Both the position numbers and the translations under genes were made by a program. From the NCBI GenBank assembly GCA_977017645.1, contig OZ360230.1, positions 81,964,001 through 82,028,000 on the forward strand: a stretch of DNA of 64,000 nucleotides, written 5' to 3'. The notes beneath the pieces are model-generated. The model had not been told where the DNA came from, made no database searches, and worked only from the letters and a program-made list of their open reading frames with translations. Source of the DNA: Torpedo marmorata (taxonomy: Eukaryota). Of the stretch, positions 13,765 through 24,859 are shown piece after piece. Position 1 is the stretch's first letter, and each line of letters opens with the position of its first letter.

Positions 13765-13907
13765 TATAACGACACAATGTAATTTCTTGCCAATTTCCAC
13801 TGAATGCAAAATAAATGACCAATTGATGTAAAAAGACATTGGAAAAGATCTCTTGCCAGTTGGAAGTCGCAAACTGCCTATACTGGGTTCCTGGGTTCAA
13901 TCATTTG

Positions 13908-14045
13908 CTCAAGATCAAGATCTCAAGATTCAATTTATTGTCATGTAATATTGCACTGTTTTTAATTACATGAAATTCGCTTTAGTCTGCCTCTTACGGT
14001 CAGAGAAAGAGAAGCAAAAGAGAGTCCCCTCAGAGTCACTGAGTG
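13908..14045 (-). mobile_element. Non-autonomous retroelement 3' fragment with a Rex1-like tail
   Basis: Minus strand ends TGACAATAAA + (TCTTGA)n; similar to 30880-31030. Confidence 0.6.
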
Positions 14046-14159
14046 GAAAGTTGGTTCCTTGAACATTAGCCCTTTTTATGGTGCAACCCCACATTGAAGC
14101 TGGCTCAAGAAAAAAAAATAAAAAGGTGAACTTACTTTTTATGGTGACAACCTATATGA

Positions 14160-14590
14160 CGTTTCCAGCGTTGTCTTTATGCTGAGCTGCGTCAGGAGCC
14201 AGCTTCCCGATCTGAGGGAGGCGGGGCGAGCGGTGCAGTAGCGCCGCCCGCCACCGTGACGTCAGACATATGCGCCAAGGAGGGAAAGCGGCTTATACCT
14301 GATAATGGCAACCGAAGAGCAAGTAAGAGCGCTGGTGGAGATCTGTGCAGGCAGTCTTAGGACTCAGACAGATCTCCTGCGCAGCGTAATTAGCTCTACA
14401 TTTTATTTTAAAATCGCGCTCCTGGGTCGCGGGCTGACGGCGTCATCGCGACGTCATCAGCCCTCCCTTTTCCAGCCGCTTTCAGTGGCTTTCGTTTTCT
14501 GGAGGAGGTGGAGAGATTCTCTCCACCTCCTAGGTGTATTGGAGTATGCCTTGCCAATCCGCCATCGGACTTTTTATGTAGGTAAGTGAG
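14160..14590 (+). promoter_or_regulatory. CpG-rich promoter-like island (GC box, CRE sites) inside the GIGYF2 locus
   Basis: GAGGCGGGGC at 14218-14227; perfect CRE TGACGTCA at 14257-14264; CRE half-sites at 14435-14456; retained CpGs in AT-rich surroundings; no TE hallmarks recognised. Confidence 0.6.
14305..14322 (+). CDS. Putative alternative first coding exon (MATEEQ) of a short GIGYF2 isoform
   Basis: Strong Kozak ataATGG, donor CAA|gtaaga in phase 0; second consensus donor TAG|gtaagt after 14581. Confidence 0.4.
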
Positions 14591-16286
14591 GCGACTTAAA
14601 GACAGAAATGTTCTGTCTTTACAGTCGCTTTCTTTGCACTATAAAAGGGGCTATTAACATGGTCCAGCCCATTTTACTGAAGCATAGGGCTTCTCTCAGC
14701 AAAAGTGCCTGGCTGCAATTGCTGAAAAGTTTTGAGAGCTAATATGGCTTTGCCCTGTTTTCCACAAGCTCTCAAATCTGTTACTAAAGTTGAAGGTAAC
14801 TGAATGCCCCTTTGACATTGAAAAATCATTAAAACATAGTTTTTAAAAAGTTTTGTTTTAAAACAATACAAAAAAATTTCACAAAGCAACAAATTAAATT
14901 AAAATAAAATAAAAATGCTTTCTGACATTTGCCAGGAATTCTTTTATTGTCAAGGATTTCAGCGAGGCCTCTATATTTGTGTTAGATTTTACCTGGCCAA
15001 GGCTCAGCAGGCAGTTTTCGCAGCTTGAGGGTTGCAATGTGTATTTAAACTCCATTGGGTGTCCACTTATGCAGTGTAATGGCAGCCTGCGAGTAAGCAA
15101 CATGCCGAAGATGCTATTTCTGACTTGATGCTCTATCTAAAGTAGACCTGAGGCTTCCAAGGAGATAAAGTTGTAATTTTTGGCAAAAATACTGGTTCTT
15201 GGTAAAAATTCATCCCAATGTCACTCACTTGAGAACATGAATTGCCGACATTTTTAAGGTGTGTGACACTGCAAATGAATTTTTTTTGCCAAGTTCTTTG
15301 CATGTTCAAAAAAATAACTTACTGACAAGTATTACTTATAAAATTTGGTAGATTTAGATCAAAAGTGTTTCTTCTTGATTAATCTAATGAAATGTGAGAA
15401 GCTTTACCTTTATAAGAATACAGTATTTGCTATTGTTTCCAATCTAACCCTTCTGACAGTTGAAATAATTCTGACCATGCCATTATGTGGAAGAAAATAT
15501 GATTTATCATGATCAGTCATTCTTAACTGTCCACATTTGCTGATTTGCCCCACTGCTTGGCTCACTTTGCTCCCTCCCTAGTCATCAAGATGTTTGTTCT
15601 TGGACTCACCTGCAATTGGGCAGCTTAAAATGGTTACCAAGCCTCCAGAAGCTCTCCTCAGAGCTGCTGTTTTCTTGACAGCTCATTCTATCAAAGACCT
15701 GTTTCAGTGTTCTTAATGTTTTCCACAGTTGGAATTGATTTAAACAAATTTAAAGTCAAAATATTTTAATTAAAACATGGCAATTTATTTTAAAGGATTT
15801 CTAATGTTAATTAATTAAAATACAAACCATATATGCAGCTAAAATAAAAAAAAGTCAACTAAAGTTCATAAATCTCAGCAATTCCAATCTAATAAGTAGG
15901 ACCACTCTATATGCACCAGCTATTGCTGGCATAAACTGAGAGGCCAGATCCAAAGTGCATCCTTTCCTTCACCTTAAGATTTTAAGGAATGGCCTACACT
16001 TAATGGTGAGTCCTGGAGGGTTCTGAGAGCTCAGGTGTGCCCACATTTGATCATCTTGTACAATTTGTATTTCTGTTGCGCTATACACAGATTGAGAAGT
16101 CTGAATTTTATTACTGACTGGCTTGGTTTCCATTGAAGTTAAAAGATATGACATAAAAATTATATTGTTTTTACTCTGCTTGTCTGAGTCAATCTGAATA
16201 ATGACATATGAGCTTATTTGCTTAAATGTATTTATTTCTTTTATGAATCTTTCACATATTTCCTCCACCCTCTCTAATTAAAATAG

Positions 16287-16397
16287 TCAGCAGCAATGAA
16301 ACTTAACGTATCTGGCAGCCATGAGGAATCATCACACAAAAACACCACATCAATTAAAAGAGAAGAATCATCAAATAAGAGATCAGAGAGGAATCAG
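16287..16397 (+). CDS. Putative 111-bp phase 0-0 exon (SAAMKLNVSGSHEESSHKNTTSIKREESSNKRSERNQ), in frame with the GIGYF2 exon at 22504
   Basis: Acceptor ...tctctaattaaaatag, perfect donor CAG|gtaagt, no stop, length divisible by 3. Confidence 0.5.
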
Positions 16398-16469
16398 GTA
16401 AGTTTGGTGAGAAGAATGGTTTGGTTGAACAAATGTCCAGCAGATAGACCTACTTCCCTGACATGTAAA

Positions 16470-16720
16470 AACACAATGGTGGAGAAACTCAGCAGGTCAA
16501 ACAGTGTACTTTATTTAGAAAAGATAAAGATACATCACCAATGTTTCAGGCTTGAGCCTTTCATCAAGGTATGAGCAAAATGTAGGCAGTCGCCCGAACA
16601 AAATGATTGGGGGGAGGGGTAGGGAGAGAAGCAAAGTCTCACAGGCAGGAGGTAATAGGGAGGGATGCTTTTTTTTTACTTCAATCATGGTGTCTGCAGA
16701 CTTTTGTGTTTTTCCATGAC
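16470..16720 (-). mobile_element. Penelope-like element terminal-repeat fragment
   Basis: Minus strand CTTGATGAAAGGCTCAAGCCTGAAAC...GACCTGCTGAGTTTCTCCA; similar to 24860-25060. Confidence 0.6.
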
Positions 16721-17623
16721 ATGTAGCCCCTTCCACAGAAGAACAGAGTGCAAATTGAGAAGCACATGTAGAAAGAGATTTTTGTTTTGCGTTGACCTTT
16801 CATAAGAACTCTTCAGAAAAGGCTTGGTCTTATTTAAAATTTCCAGCATCTGTATTGTTTTAATCTTTATGGTGTGTAGTCTGGATCAATAAACACCAAT
16901 CTTTTTCTCCCTTGGATTGTTCTGGAATGAGTTAATTAAAAAAATCTTAGTACCATTCTATTGCAATATCAACATTGAGGATTTAAAATTTTATTCCAGT
17001 GTTGTCCATTCTGTTGTTTGTAAACTTAACTAGATTAAGCAAGTGAATATTTAATTATTTCGAATCCCCTCCAGAAACTCAGGCTTGTGGATATATTAAA
17101 AACTGTTTGTATGTTTCCATTTCCTGCCCAGTAACGTTATTCTTCATTTGTCTAATCGCGAAATAACTGCTTAATGCCTTCTATTTGTTTTGTCTCTGCC
17201 TCCACCCTCCTCAGCAGTTCTTCACTCCCTTTCTATCATGAAGCTTAGTAGCACGTTATTTTTATTTAGATCCAGCTCCTCCTCTCGTATTGTGTTGCTA
17301 GGATAGTCTATGGAATGTTACCGTATATTTCGGCGTATAAGTCGAGTCTTGAAACCCTCAAAAATCTCTCAAAAAACGGGGGTCGATTTATACGCCAGAT
17401 ATACTTTTGAGACCTTAAAATCAGCTCAAAAACTACTCCACGCCGATTCGGCGTATAAGTCGACCCTTGAAAACCCGATTTGGCGTATAAGTCGACCCAT
17501 GAAAAACCGATTCGGCGTATAGGTCGACGCTGGAAGCACCTCCCCACCGCCGGCGCCGCCGCTCCCCGACACCTCCCCACCGCCGGGTGCCGCCATAAAC
17601 CACCCAGACATTCTACAATTGTA

Positions 17624-18169
17624 GAGCCCGAGGTCCCCGCTCCTACCCGGGAGCCCGAGGTCCCCGCTCCTACCCGGGAGCCTGAGGTCGCCGCTCCTGC
17701 CCGGGAGCACGAGGTCACCGCTCCTGCCCGGGAGAACGAGGTCGCCGCTCCTGCTCAGGAGAAAGACGTCGCCGCTCCTGCCCGGGAGCCTGAGGTCGCC
17801 GCTCCTGCCCGGGAGCCTGAGGTCGCCGCTCCTGCCCGGGAGCCTGAGGTCGCCGCTCCTGCCCGGGAGCCTGAGGTCACCGCTCCTGCCCGGGAGAACG
17901 AGGTCGCCGCTCCAGCCCGGGAGAACGAGGTCGCCGCTCCTGCTCAGGCGAAAGACGTCGCCGCTCCTGCTCGGGAGAACGAGCTCCCCGCACCTGCTCA
18001 GGCGAAAGACGTCGCCGCTCCTGCTCGGGAGAACGAGGTCCCCGCACCTACTCAGGAGAAAGACATCGCCGCTCCTGCTCAGGAGAACGAGGTCCCCGCA
18101 CCTGCTCAGGAGAAAGACGTCACCGCTCCTGCTCGGGAGAACGAGGTCCCAGCACCTGCTCGGGAGCCG
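17624..18169. repeat. GC-rich 27-bp minisatellite, ~20 units
   Basis: Unit gagcctgaggtcgccgctcctgcccgg and variants; reads EPEVAAPAR-type x20 on the + strand. Confidence 0.95.
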
Positions 18170-18323
18170 ACACGTAGCCGTGGTTCCTGCACCAAGCACA
18201 CTTGGGCAGCGAGGCGACTTCTTCAATGAGGACAGCACCGCACCCGATGTGGAGAATGGAGTTGCCGTCGCCGACTCTGGCTGCAGCCGAAGCTGAAGAC
18301 TTGGACCCAGCTCTGTTTGGCAT
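18168..18323 (-). pseudogene. DMRT1: Captured DMRT1-like exon-1 fragment (start codon to the first half of the DM domain)
   Basis: Minus strand AAGATGCCAAAC (MPN), then AAG AAG TCG CCT CG- CTG CCC AAG TGT GCT TGG TGC AGG AAC CAC GGC TAC GTG TCG = KKSPR/LPKCAWCRNHGYVS, vs DMRT1 KKSPRLPKCARCRNHGY(A/V)S. Confidence 0.8.
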
Positions 18324-18822
18324 CTTCCCGGCCAGAAGCAAAGGTTTTTTTACTTACTTGCTTAATTTACAGCTTTGTTACTTGCCGATTGGGGTGTTGT
18401 AACAAATTTTGGGTTGTTACTGGGAGGCCCGGACAGCCTGAAAATTGGGGGTCGACTTATACGCCGGATATACAATAAAACCATTAAAATTAGGCTGAAA
18501 AAGGGGGGTCGACTTATCTGCCGGTCGACTTATACGCCGAAATATACGGTAGTTATAATAGATCTAACACTTTCCCCAAATAACCAATGTTTTTGAGGCT
18601 CCTCAACACTGAACAGTCATTTTATTCTCTCTCCCTGTGTTATCTTTCCACTTGTTCCAAGGCTTCTGATCCCTCCCATGAGTTATTTTGAGAGTTAAAG
18701 TGCTTGTTATGAAAAGTTGAACTACTTATGGCATTAACATTGACTTTTCCGGTTTCCTTTAAACCCCCACCCCCCTGTCGCCTTTCTCTCTCTCTCTCTG
18801 TCTCTGTCTCTCTCTGTCTCTC

Positions 18823-19748
18823 GCCTCTTTCACATTGGCTAACCAGTAAATTGGCTGTTCAGTGTCCCGGTTAAAGAAGCCGTTTTTGCCGTTCACAATG
18901 GGTCAATGTTAACCGGGACACTGCGTCCTTTCACGCTCATCACAAGGCATCCCCGGGGATAGGGGAGTTTATCCTCCACCGGTGACGTCTGAGTGACACA
19001 TCGAGCGATGGTGGACCTGCCCTAAATCCTGATCATGTATAGCACAGTATGAGCCCTTCAGCACCTGTTGTTGTGCCGACCTATATAAACCTTTATAAAT
19101 TTATAAAGGACTGTGGGAAAGTTGTAGCTGCAATAGCAGACAATTTATAAAGACCGTGGGAACAATAGCGCACAATTTATAAAGACCGTGGGAAAGAGTG
19201 ATGGCGGACCTGCCCTCCCAGAATTCCTTGAGACAGAGAAAGAGCTGTATGCACGGAGCACTCATGGAGGGGTTTCTCTGCCATACGGAATTCTGGGAGG
19301 GCAGGTCCGCCATCGCTTTCTCTCTCTCTCTCTCTCCCGCTGCGACTTTCCCACGGTTCTTTAGATATTTATTAATGTTTATGTAGGTTGGCAAAGTTTA
19401 TACCTTTTTAATCTTTTGTTTCCTTCACGTTCCTGCACTTACGCAAAAACGTTAAAGGTAAAGGTTCCATTATTGTCACGTAATACTACATTTAGAATGT
19501 AATATACATGAAATTCTTTAATTTTTGTCTACTGTAAGGCAGATCAGAGCGTCACTACTTTGACCCTGGATAGTAAGTGTCCCTTTCACACTGGGCTAAT
19601 CGGCACACAGGCGTCAGTTGACGCCGGGAATGAGAGTAGGGGCTAGGCCGTCCATCCCCGGCGTGCCGATTAAATTGCTTTCACACTGGACCCTTAACTG
19701 GTAAATTGGCCGTCAATTACAAGGACAAGATGCCAGTATGAAAGGGGC
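18823..19748. mobile_element. MITE with GCCCCTTTCACACTGGC-type TIRs (possibly PIF/Harbinger), inserted in a Penelope-like fragment
   Basis: gcctctttcacattggc ... gccagtatgaaaggggc; internal tttcacactgg repeats; central inverted repeat at 19197-19317. Confidence 0.6.
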
Positions 19749-20025
19749 TTCTCTTTCTCCCCTCCCTCCCCCCCCCCCCCTTTCCCTCTCTCTCCTTTCA
19801 CAGAGCCAAAACCTATTCTCACCTTTCCTGTTATCATATCCAATTAACACCTTTTGTTGGTCTGGACTCCTCCCCCTCCCATTCTTCAGTCTTTATTCTG
19901 GCACCTTCCTATTCTTTACTTATACCTTGAAGAAGGGTTCAGGCCTGAAACATCAGTAATATATCTTTGCCTCTTATGGACGCTGCGAGACGGCTGAGTT
20001 CCTCCAGCATTTCTGTGTGTTTTTA
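19749..20025 (+). mobile_element. Penelope-like element terminal-repeat fragment (continuation of ~18735-18822)
   Basis: cttgaagaagggttcaggcctgaaac ... gctgagttcctccagca; left part cattaacattgacttttcc matches the INIDFS end of the GIY-YIG ORF. Confidence 0.6.
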
Positions 20026-21161
20026 CTTGTGTTAACTAGCATGTTGGTGGGGGAAGGCATGGAACGATGTGTTGGTGGTCATTTTTTGGTGAAAACAGGG
20101 AGCCCTTGAGGGTTTGGATGAAGACTCAGCATAACGAGAGTAAGAGGCTGTAGTTGCATTAATTATCCCAATAATGCAGATCCTTTTAGCCTGAGACTAC
20201 ATAAATCCATAGTTCATTCTGAAAAAGCTGATTAACTAAGACACAGAATAAACTAAAGACACCAATGACTGCAATTGTTAGGAATAGAGGCAAAAAAGAA
20301 CCTGCTGGAGGAAAGGAAATTTCACAATGTCTCGGGACAAACCCTTTCATTAAGTCGTGATGAAGGGCTGTGACCCAAAACATTGACATTGTTATAAATG
20401 TGTGATTCAGTATTGTCCAGAATGGCTCATCTTGTAGTAAAATGGCACAGATGCTAGAAATTTGAAATAGAAACGTAATGTTGCCAATATTAGTAAGTCA
20501 GGTAGCAGCTGCAGAGAAATAAGTAACACCCTGGGCCATTTTTTAAAAACAAAATACTATTTTGGTATTAAAAATATCTTGATTGAAACCAATTCTGGCA
20601 GCATTGTATTATGTGAAATCCAAACATAAAATAACTATATCTTGTTCTCTTTCTCTCTACCTGCTATTTTCTGTTTCAATAAATCAAATAAATAATTTAA
20701 ACTACAATGCTGTTTTCATTGTTCCTCTCCAAGTTTTCATTCTGCTAACATTTATCTTTAATGGAGAAAAAAAACAGTAGATTTGAATGTTTTGAAAAGT
20801 ATTATAATTATCCACACGGTAATATGTTAAATTTTAGTTCAGCAATTTTGTTCAAGTTAGCTTGAAGTTAAATTATTTTCGGTATGTGTCACTTCAAATC
20901 TCATTAGGTGGAAATGACTTTTTTCTTTATTTTTTTAAAGTATTAATTTGTAGCTTTTGTGAAAAAATAAAAACTCATTAAAATTGAAAAATTTAACTGG
21001 TATTCTCTGGGTTGAACTGTAGGGCGCCACTAAATCATTTTACAAATTACATTGTTCTTGCCAAAAATACTTTGATTTGTCCTCAGTATTACTTTTAAAT
21101 TTGTGCATGTATATGTGTGAGAAAAAAATGATAATCCATTTTAAGTATCTTAAGTATTTCT

Positions 21162-21416
21162 CAGCAGAAGCGACCCCTGCGTGATGGCCAATTCGCCCAA
21201 ACAGAATTCATCAATCATCCAAAAATTTGAGATATGGAATAAAATGTACTCTCATGGGATTTTTGTGCAAAATAAAGTAAACAAATAAATAAAATTCCCT
21301 TTTCAACTTTCATTTGTTGGCTCATGTGCAGATGCCAGCACCTCTTGACGGAAACTCTTGATGTGTACCATTTTCCAGAAACGCAAGCCCCCATATACAC
21401 TGGGGTCGCTTGACTG
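21162..21416. mobile_element. Small MITE-like element
   Basis: Imperfect terminal inverted repeats cagcagaagcgacccc / ggggtcgcttgactg. Confidence 0.4.
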
Positions 21417-22503
21417 GCTTTCTACCAATTTAAAAACTTTCTTTTTAAAATATTTTTATTGAGTTTCAACAATAAACATGTATACAGAGTAACAAAATTA
21501 AGAAAAACATTTTAAAAATCAGCTGGTATTCATACATGTATATATAAAAAAAAACGAAGTAAATTGTCGTAACTAAATTCTTAATATAGGTTAAAACTAG
21601 TTCCTTATAATTATCTTAAAATAAATTTTTTTTAAAACTTTAATTGCCTTAAATGTACAAAATGTCTCATGTTTTTTGTGAAATCCTTTTTTTAAACAAT
21701 GTGACTTTTCTGTAAATCTTGTTCCTCAAAGATGGTGCCCATTTACTCATTCACCAGTAAAACTTGTTTATTGTGAACTGTCCAGTGAGCCATTTCAGTA
21801 CCTGAATTGAAGAACAAAACATGATGCACAAATGAGAAAGGGATGAATCTCTATATTTTTTGATCCGACATTGCTTGTGAGGAATGATTGCAAATAATAT
21901 CTGCTAGATTTTAGAACTACCAGATTATAAGGCAGATCTTGTTTGAAAAAGAAACTTTGTATTCTGCTTGATAGATAAAGCAACAAGGTGGTAGTTATAT
22001 CATTATGACATCTCATGACACTTATCAATGTCAACTTATTTTGCGTGCATAGTGTTGAGATTTCATGAACCATCCTTTTAGCTTAAACAGAACACTCTTG
22101 GGAAAATGTAGCCTGTTTTAATTTTACACATTAATGTAACATGGGAATTTTAATGAGATGAAAAAACAACATTGCATCAGTTAGTGTAGTATTGTACAAC
22201 TTAACTTTTTAACAGTATTTCATACTTTACAAAGTGAATTCACTATAGGATGTCTTAAACAGACTGCTGGGAGTACTCAGCAAATCAGGCAGCATCAGAG
22301 GGAGAGAAACTAAGTTGCCATTTAATTTCACAGACCCTGCGTCAGAATTGTTCTGGTGGAAGACCATTGACTTGACATGTTAACTCATTTTCTCTCCCCA
22401 TAACTGCTGCCTGACTAGCTTTTCAGTTCCAACAGTTTGTATTGCAAATATTCAGCATCTACAGTTGCTTTTCAGTAAGATGTCTTTTGCTTATTTTATC
22501 TAG

Positions 22504-22712
22504 CTTTCCAGTTTACCAGTTAGCACTACTTCTGTATGGGGCTCAGTGAACACCAGTCCTACCAACCAGTGGGGAACAGACATAAACAGTGTCTGGGGTG
22601 CTCCAGATAACAAGAACACAAATGTGGGCTTCTGGGATGAGGCTGTGAAAGAAGTGGGGCCAACTGCAAAAAAACAGACTTCCAAAAGTAACAAGAATAA
22701 TCCTAACCCTGG
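22504..22712 (+). CDS. GIGYF2: GIGYF2 internal coding exon
   Basis: tag|...|gtaaga; LSSLPVSTTSVWGSVNTSPTNQWG...NVGFWDEAVKEVGP matches GIGYF2 SVWGSINTGPPNQW...MGFWDDAVKEVGP. Confidence 0.93.
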
Positions 22713-23765
22713 GTAAGAGAACTGACATCTTAACCAATATCCTATTAAAATTCATCATAAACTGTAATGTGTTGATTTTAAAATGATACAATATCTACAG
22801 TCCAATGCATAATATCATCGAGCAAGGTTTTGGATAGGGAAACAGCTGTCTTTGCTGCTTTATTGAAGACGTTGCCTTTGGGACATTTTTCTCAAGTTTG
22901 CTTAATACTGGAAGTCTTTCAGCAACTGTAACAGTACTGCAGATATCCTAGTTTATCTAAATATAAAAATGTTTCTGCAGAACCCTGTTGCGGATTATGG
23001 AAAACTATGATTTCCTTTCTTGTACCATTATTATTCCTTGCTTTCTGACACTTGTGCCAAAAAATGAAGCATGGGCTTGAGATGTTGATAACAGGGTTAA
23101 AATGGATGTTGTTCACTTTGGGTTGTTCACCAACTATTATTTTGGGTTCTTTTGAGTGATATCTAAAGAATAGTATTTGTGTTGTGATTATGATCAATAT
23201 TAGTTATTGTGGAAGAATGCTGTAATAATTCAATTAGCTTGATCATCTCTAAACCCATTGATTTGAACATCATTGAAGTTGTAGATAAGTTGAGGAAAGG
23301 GGACTAACTTCCTGTGAGTCACATTGAAATTTATTTTGTATTCTTTTCAAAATGAGGAGTTAAACTTTTCTACAAGGCCATACTGTTATCTATAAGAGGT
23401 TAAAATGATTGATTTGGAAAGATATCTGAAGTTCCAAAAATGACTTGCAGTTTCTACCCTCTACCCCATCTCTTCCATGCATCCCAACTACGCCTGAAGT
23501 TCCCTGCCCTAATAAAGTTAGATTTCTCAAATCATCCCCTCTCTACTGTTGCTATTTAACTTGGGACGAGTAACTGTTCAGAAACTTCAAATCTGCTGCG
23601 TGAATGTTTTTAACCTTTCCTTCAGGCTCTTGTCTCTTTGTACCCACTCTCTCCCACTTGTGCATCCATTAATAATCAATTTGTGTCCAGTCTGAGATAT
23701 TTTGATCTCTTAATAAACAAAGTTTTACATTTGAACACAATTTAATACAAAACTTGATCTTTCAG

Positions 23766-23920
23766 AAAATCTCATGGAGTTCAGAACAAACCAAATAAAA
23801 AAGCTGAAGAAGAAGAAAAACTAATGAAGTTGTTTCATGGTGTGAACAAGGCACAAGATGGATTTACCTTATGGTGTGAGCAAATGTTGCAAGTTCTAAA
23901 CACAGCTAATAACTTGGATG
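23766..23920 (+). CDS. GIGYF2: GIGYF2 internal coding exon
   Basis: ttcag|...|gtaaga; NKKAEEEEKLMKLFHGVNKAQDGFTLWCEQMLQVLNTANNLD; phases fit neighbouring exons. Confidence 0.96.
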
Positions 23921-24234
23921 GTAAGAAGTAATTTATGCAATTTTTGCACTGATTTCAGAAAATATTGGCTTTAATATCCCCAACCAAAAAATTAAAGCCC
24001 AGCGGGTGCATTAACTTTTATTATTTAAGACTTCATATTCATAAGATTTAAACAAATTATACTGCTAAATATATTTTGAGAATATCAATGAAAAATTTGC
24101 ATTAAATGATATGGCTCTTCCTTCTAAAATAAGGATCAGTTTATATTCACAAATGACATAGATAACATTGCAGTCCCTGTAGAGAAAAAAATCAGATGTA
24201 GGTATCTTCTGAGGTATATTTTTTTTCTCTCCAG

Positions 24235-24401
24235 TTCCTACATTTGTATCCTTTTTGAAAGAAGTTGATTCTCAATATGAAGTTCATGATTACATCCGAG
24301 CTTACCTTGGTGATACCCCAGAAACAAAGGAATTTGCAAAACAATTTCTAGGAAGACGAGCCAAACAGAAAGCCAACCAACAGCAACAGTTGCAGCAGCA
24401 G
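24235..24401 (+). CDS. GIGYF2: GIGYF2 internal coding exon
   Basis: ctccag|...|gttggt; VPTFVSFLKEVDSQYEVHDYIRAYLGDTPETKEFAKQFLGRRAKQKANQQQQLQQQ. Confidence 0.96.
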
Positions 24402-24859
24402 GTTGGTGCACTGAGTATTGGAATTAAAATGTATAAGCTGTGGTGTCTAATGTACTCAGCATTCATTACGATTAATCAGGTATCTATTAACATAGCTGAT
24501 GCAAGTACCTGTTGAAGACCAGTTGATATTGTATGATGGCATTGTCTAATTTTTAAATATCTGTGCAGTTTACAAGTTTAATAGTTCAATTTAGGAGAGC
24601 TTCGTCCGGTCTCTCCAGTTCAGATTTGTGCTCACATCAAAGATTACCAGGCTTCAGAATCCTCTGTCAAAACAAACTCAGCTCCAGAACTTTCTGGGAG
24701 CACAATAGTATCACCTTTTCTCATCCACTTTCTTTGAGTATGTGGTTAACATTGTTGTCAAAATTTAGAACATCAGTGTATTTGCCTCAGGTGTGATTTT
24801 CTTTCCTTCTCTTGGCCCTTTGTCTTGCTTACTTTCACTCAGCCCCTATGTATACTTCA

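Larger units (their letters stand above)
17321..18549. mobile_element. Non-autonomous Tc1/mariner-superfamily DNA transposon (Tc2/pogo-like, CCGTA termini) carrying captured cargo
   Basis: Perfect 25-bp TIRs CCGTATATTTCGGCGTATAAGTCGA; TA TSD at 17319-17320 and 18550-18551; repeated subterminal GGCGTATAAGTCGAC motifs at both ends; no transposase ORF. Confidence 0.92.

Noticed and set aside
17440-18169. CRISPR-like repeat array
   Set aside because: The context is eukaryotic, the units are contiguous without unique spacers, and there are no cas genes. The GGCGTATAAGTCGAC repeats are transposon subterminal motifs.
17426-18238. 249-aa and 270-aa repetitive ORFs as protein-coding genes
   Set aside because: They arise from a stop-free GC-rich 27-bp tandem repeat inside a MITE, with non-ATG starts and no splice context.
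18120-18341. Functional DMRT gene
   Set aside because: The DM domain is truncated after YVS (no LKGHKRFC...CxCxxC), has frameshifts and an R>W change, and lies inside TIRs. Reported as a captured fragment instead.
1-22500. KCNJ13, nested in a GIGYF2 intron in mammals
   Set aside because: No Kir-channel motifs (e.g. TIGYG) were seen; it would be expected in a more 5' intron outside this window.
24402-24515. Extension of the GIGYF2 ORF (VGALSIG...)
   Set aside because: Intron read-through past the donor at 24402; homology resumes at 28964.
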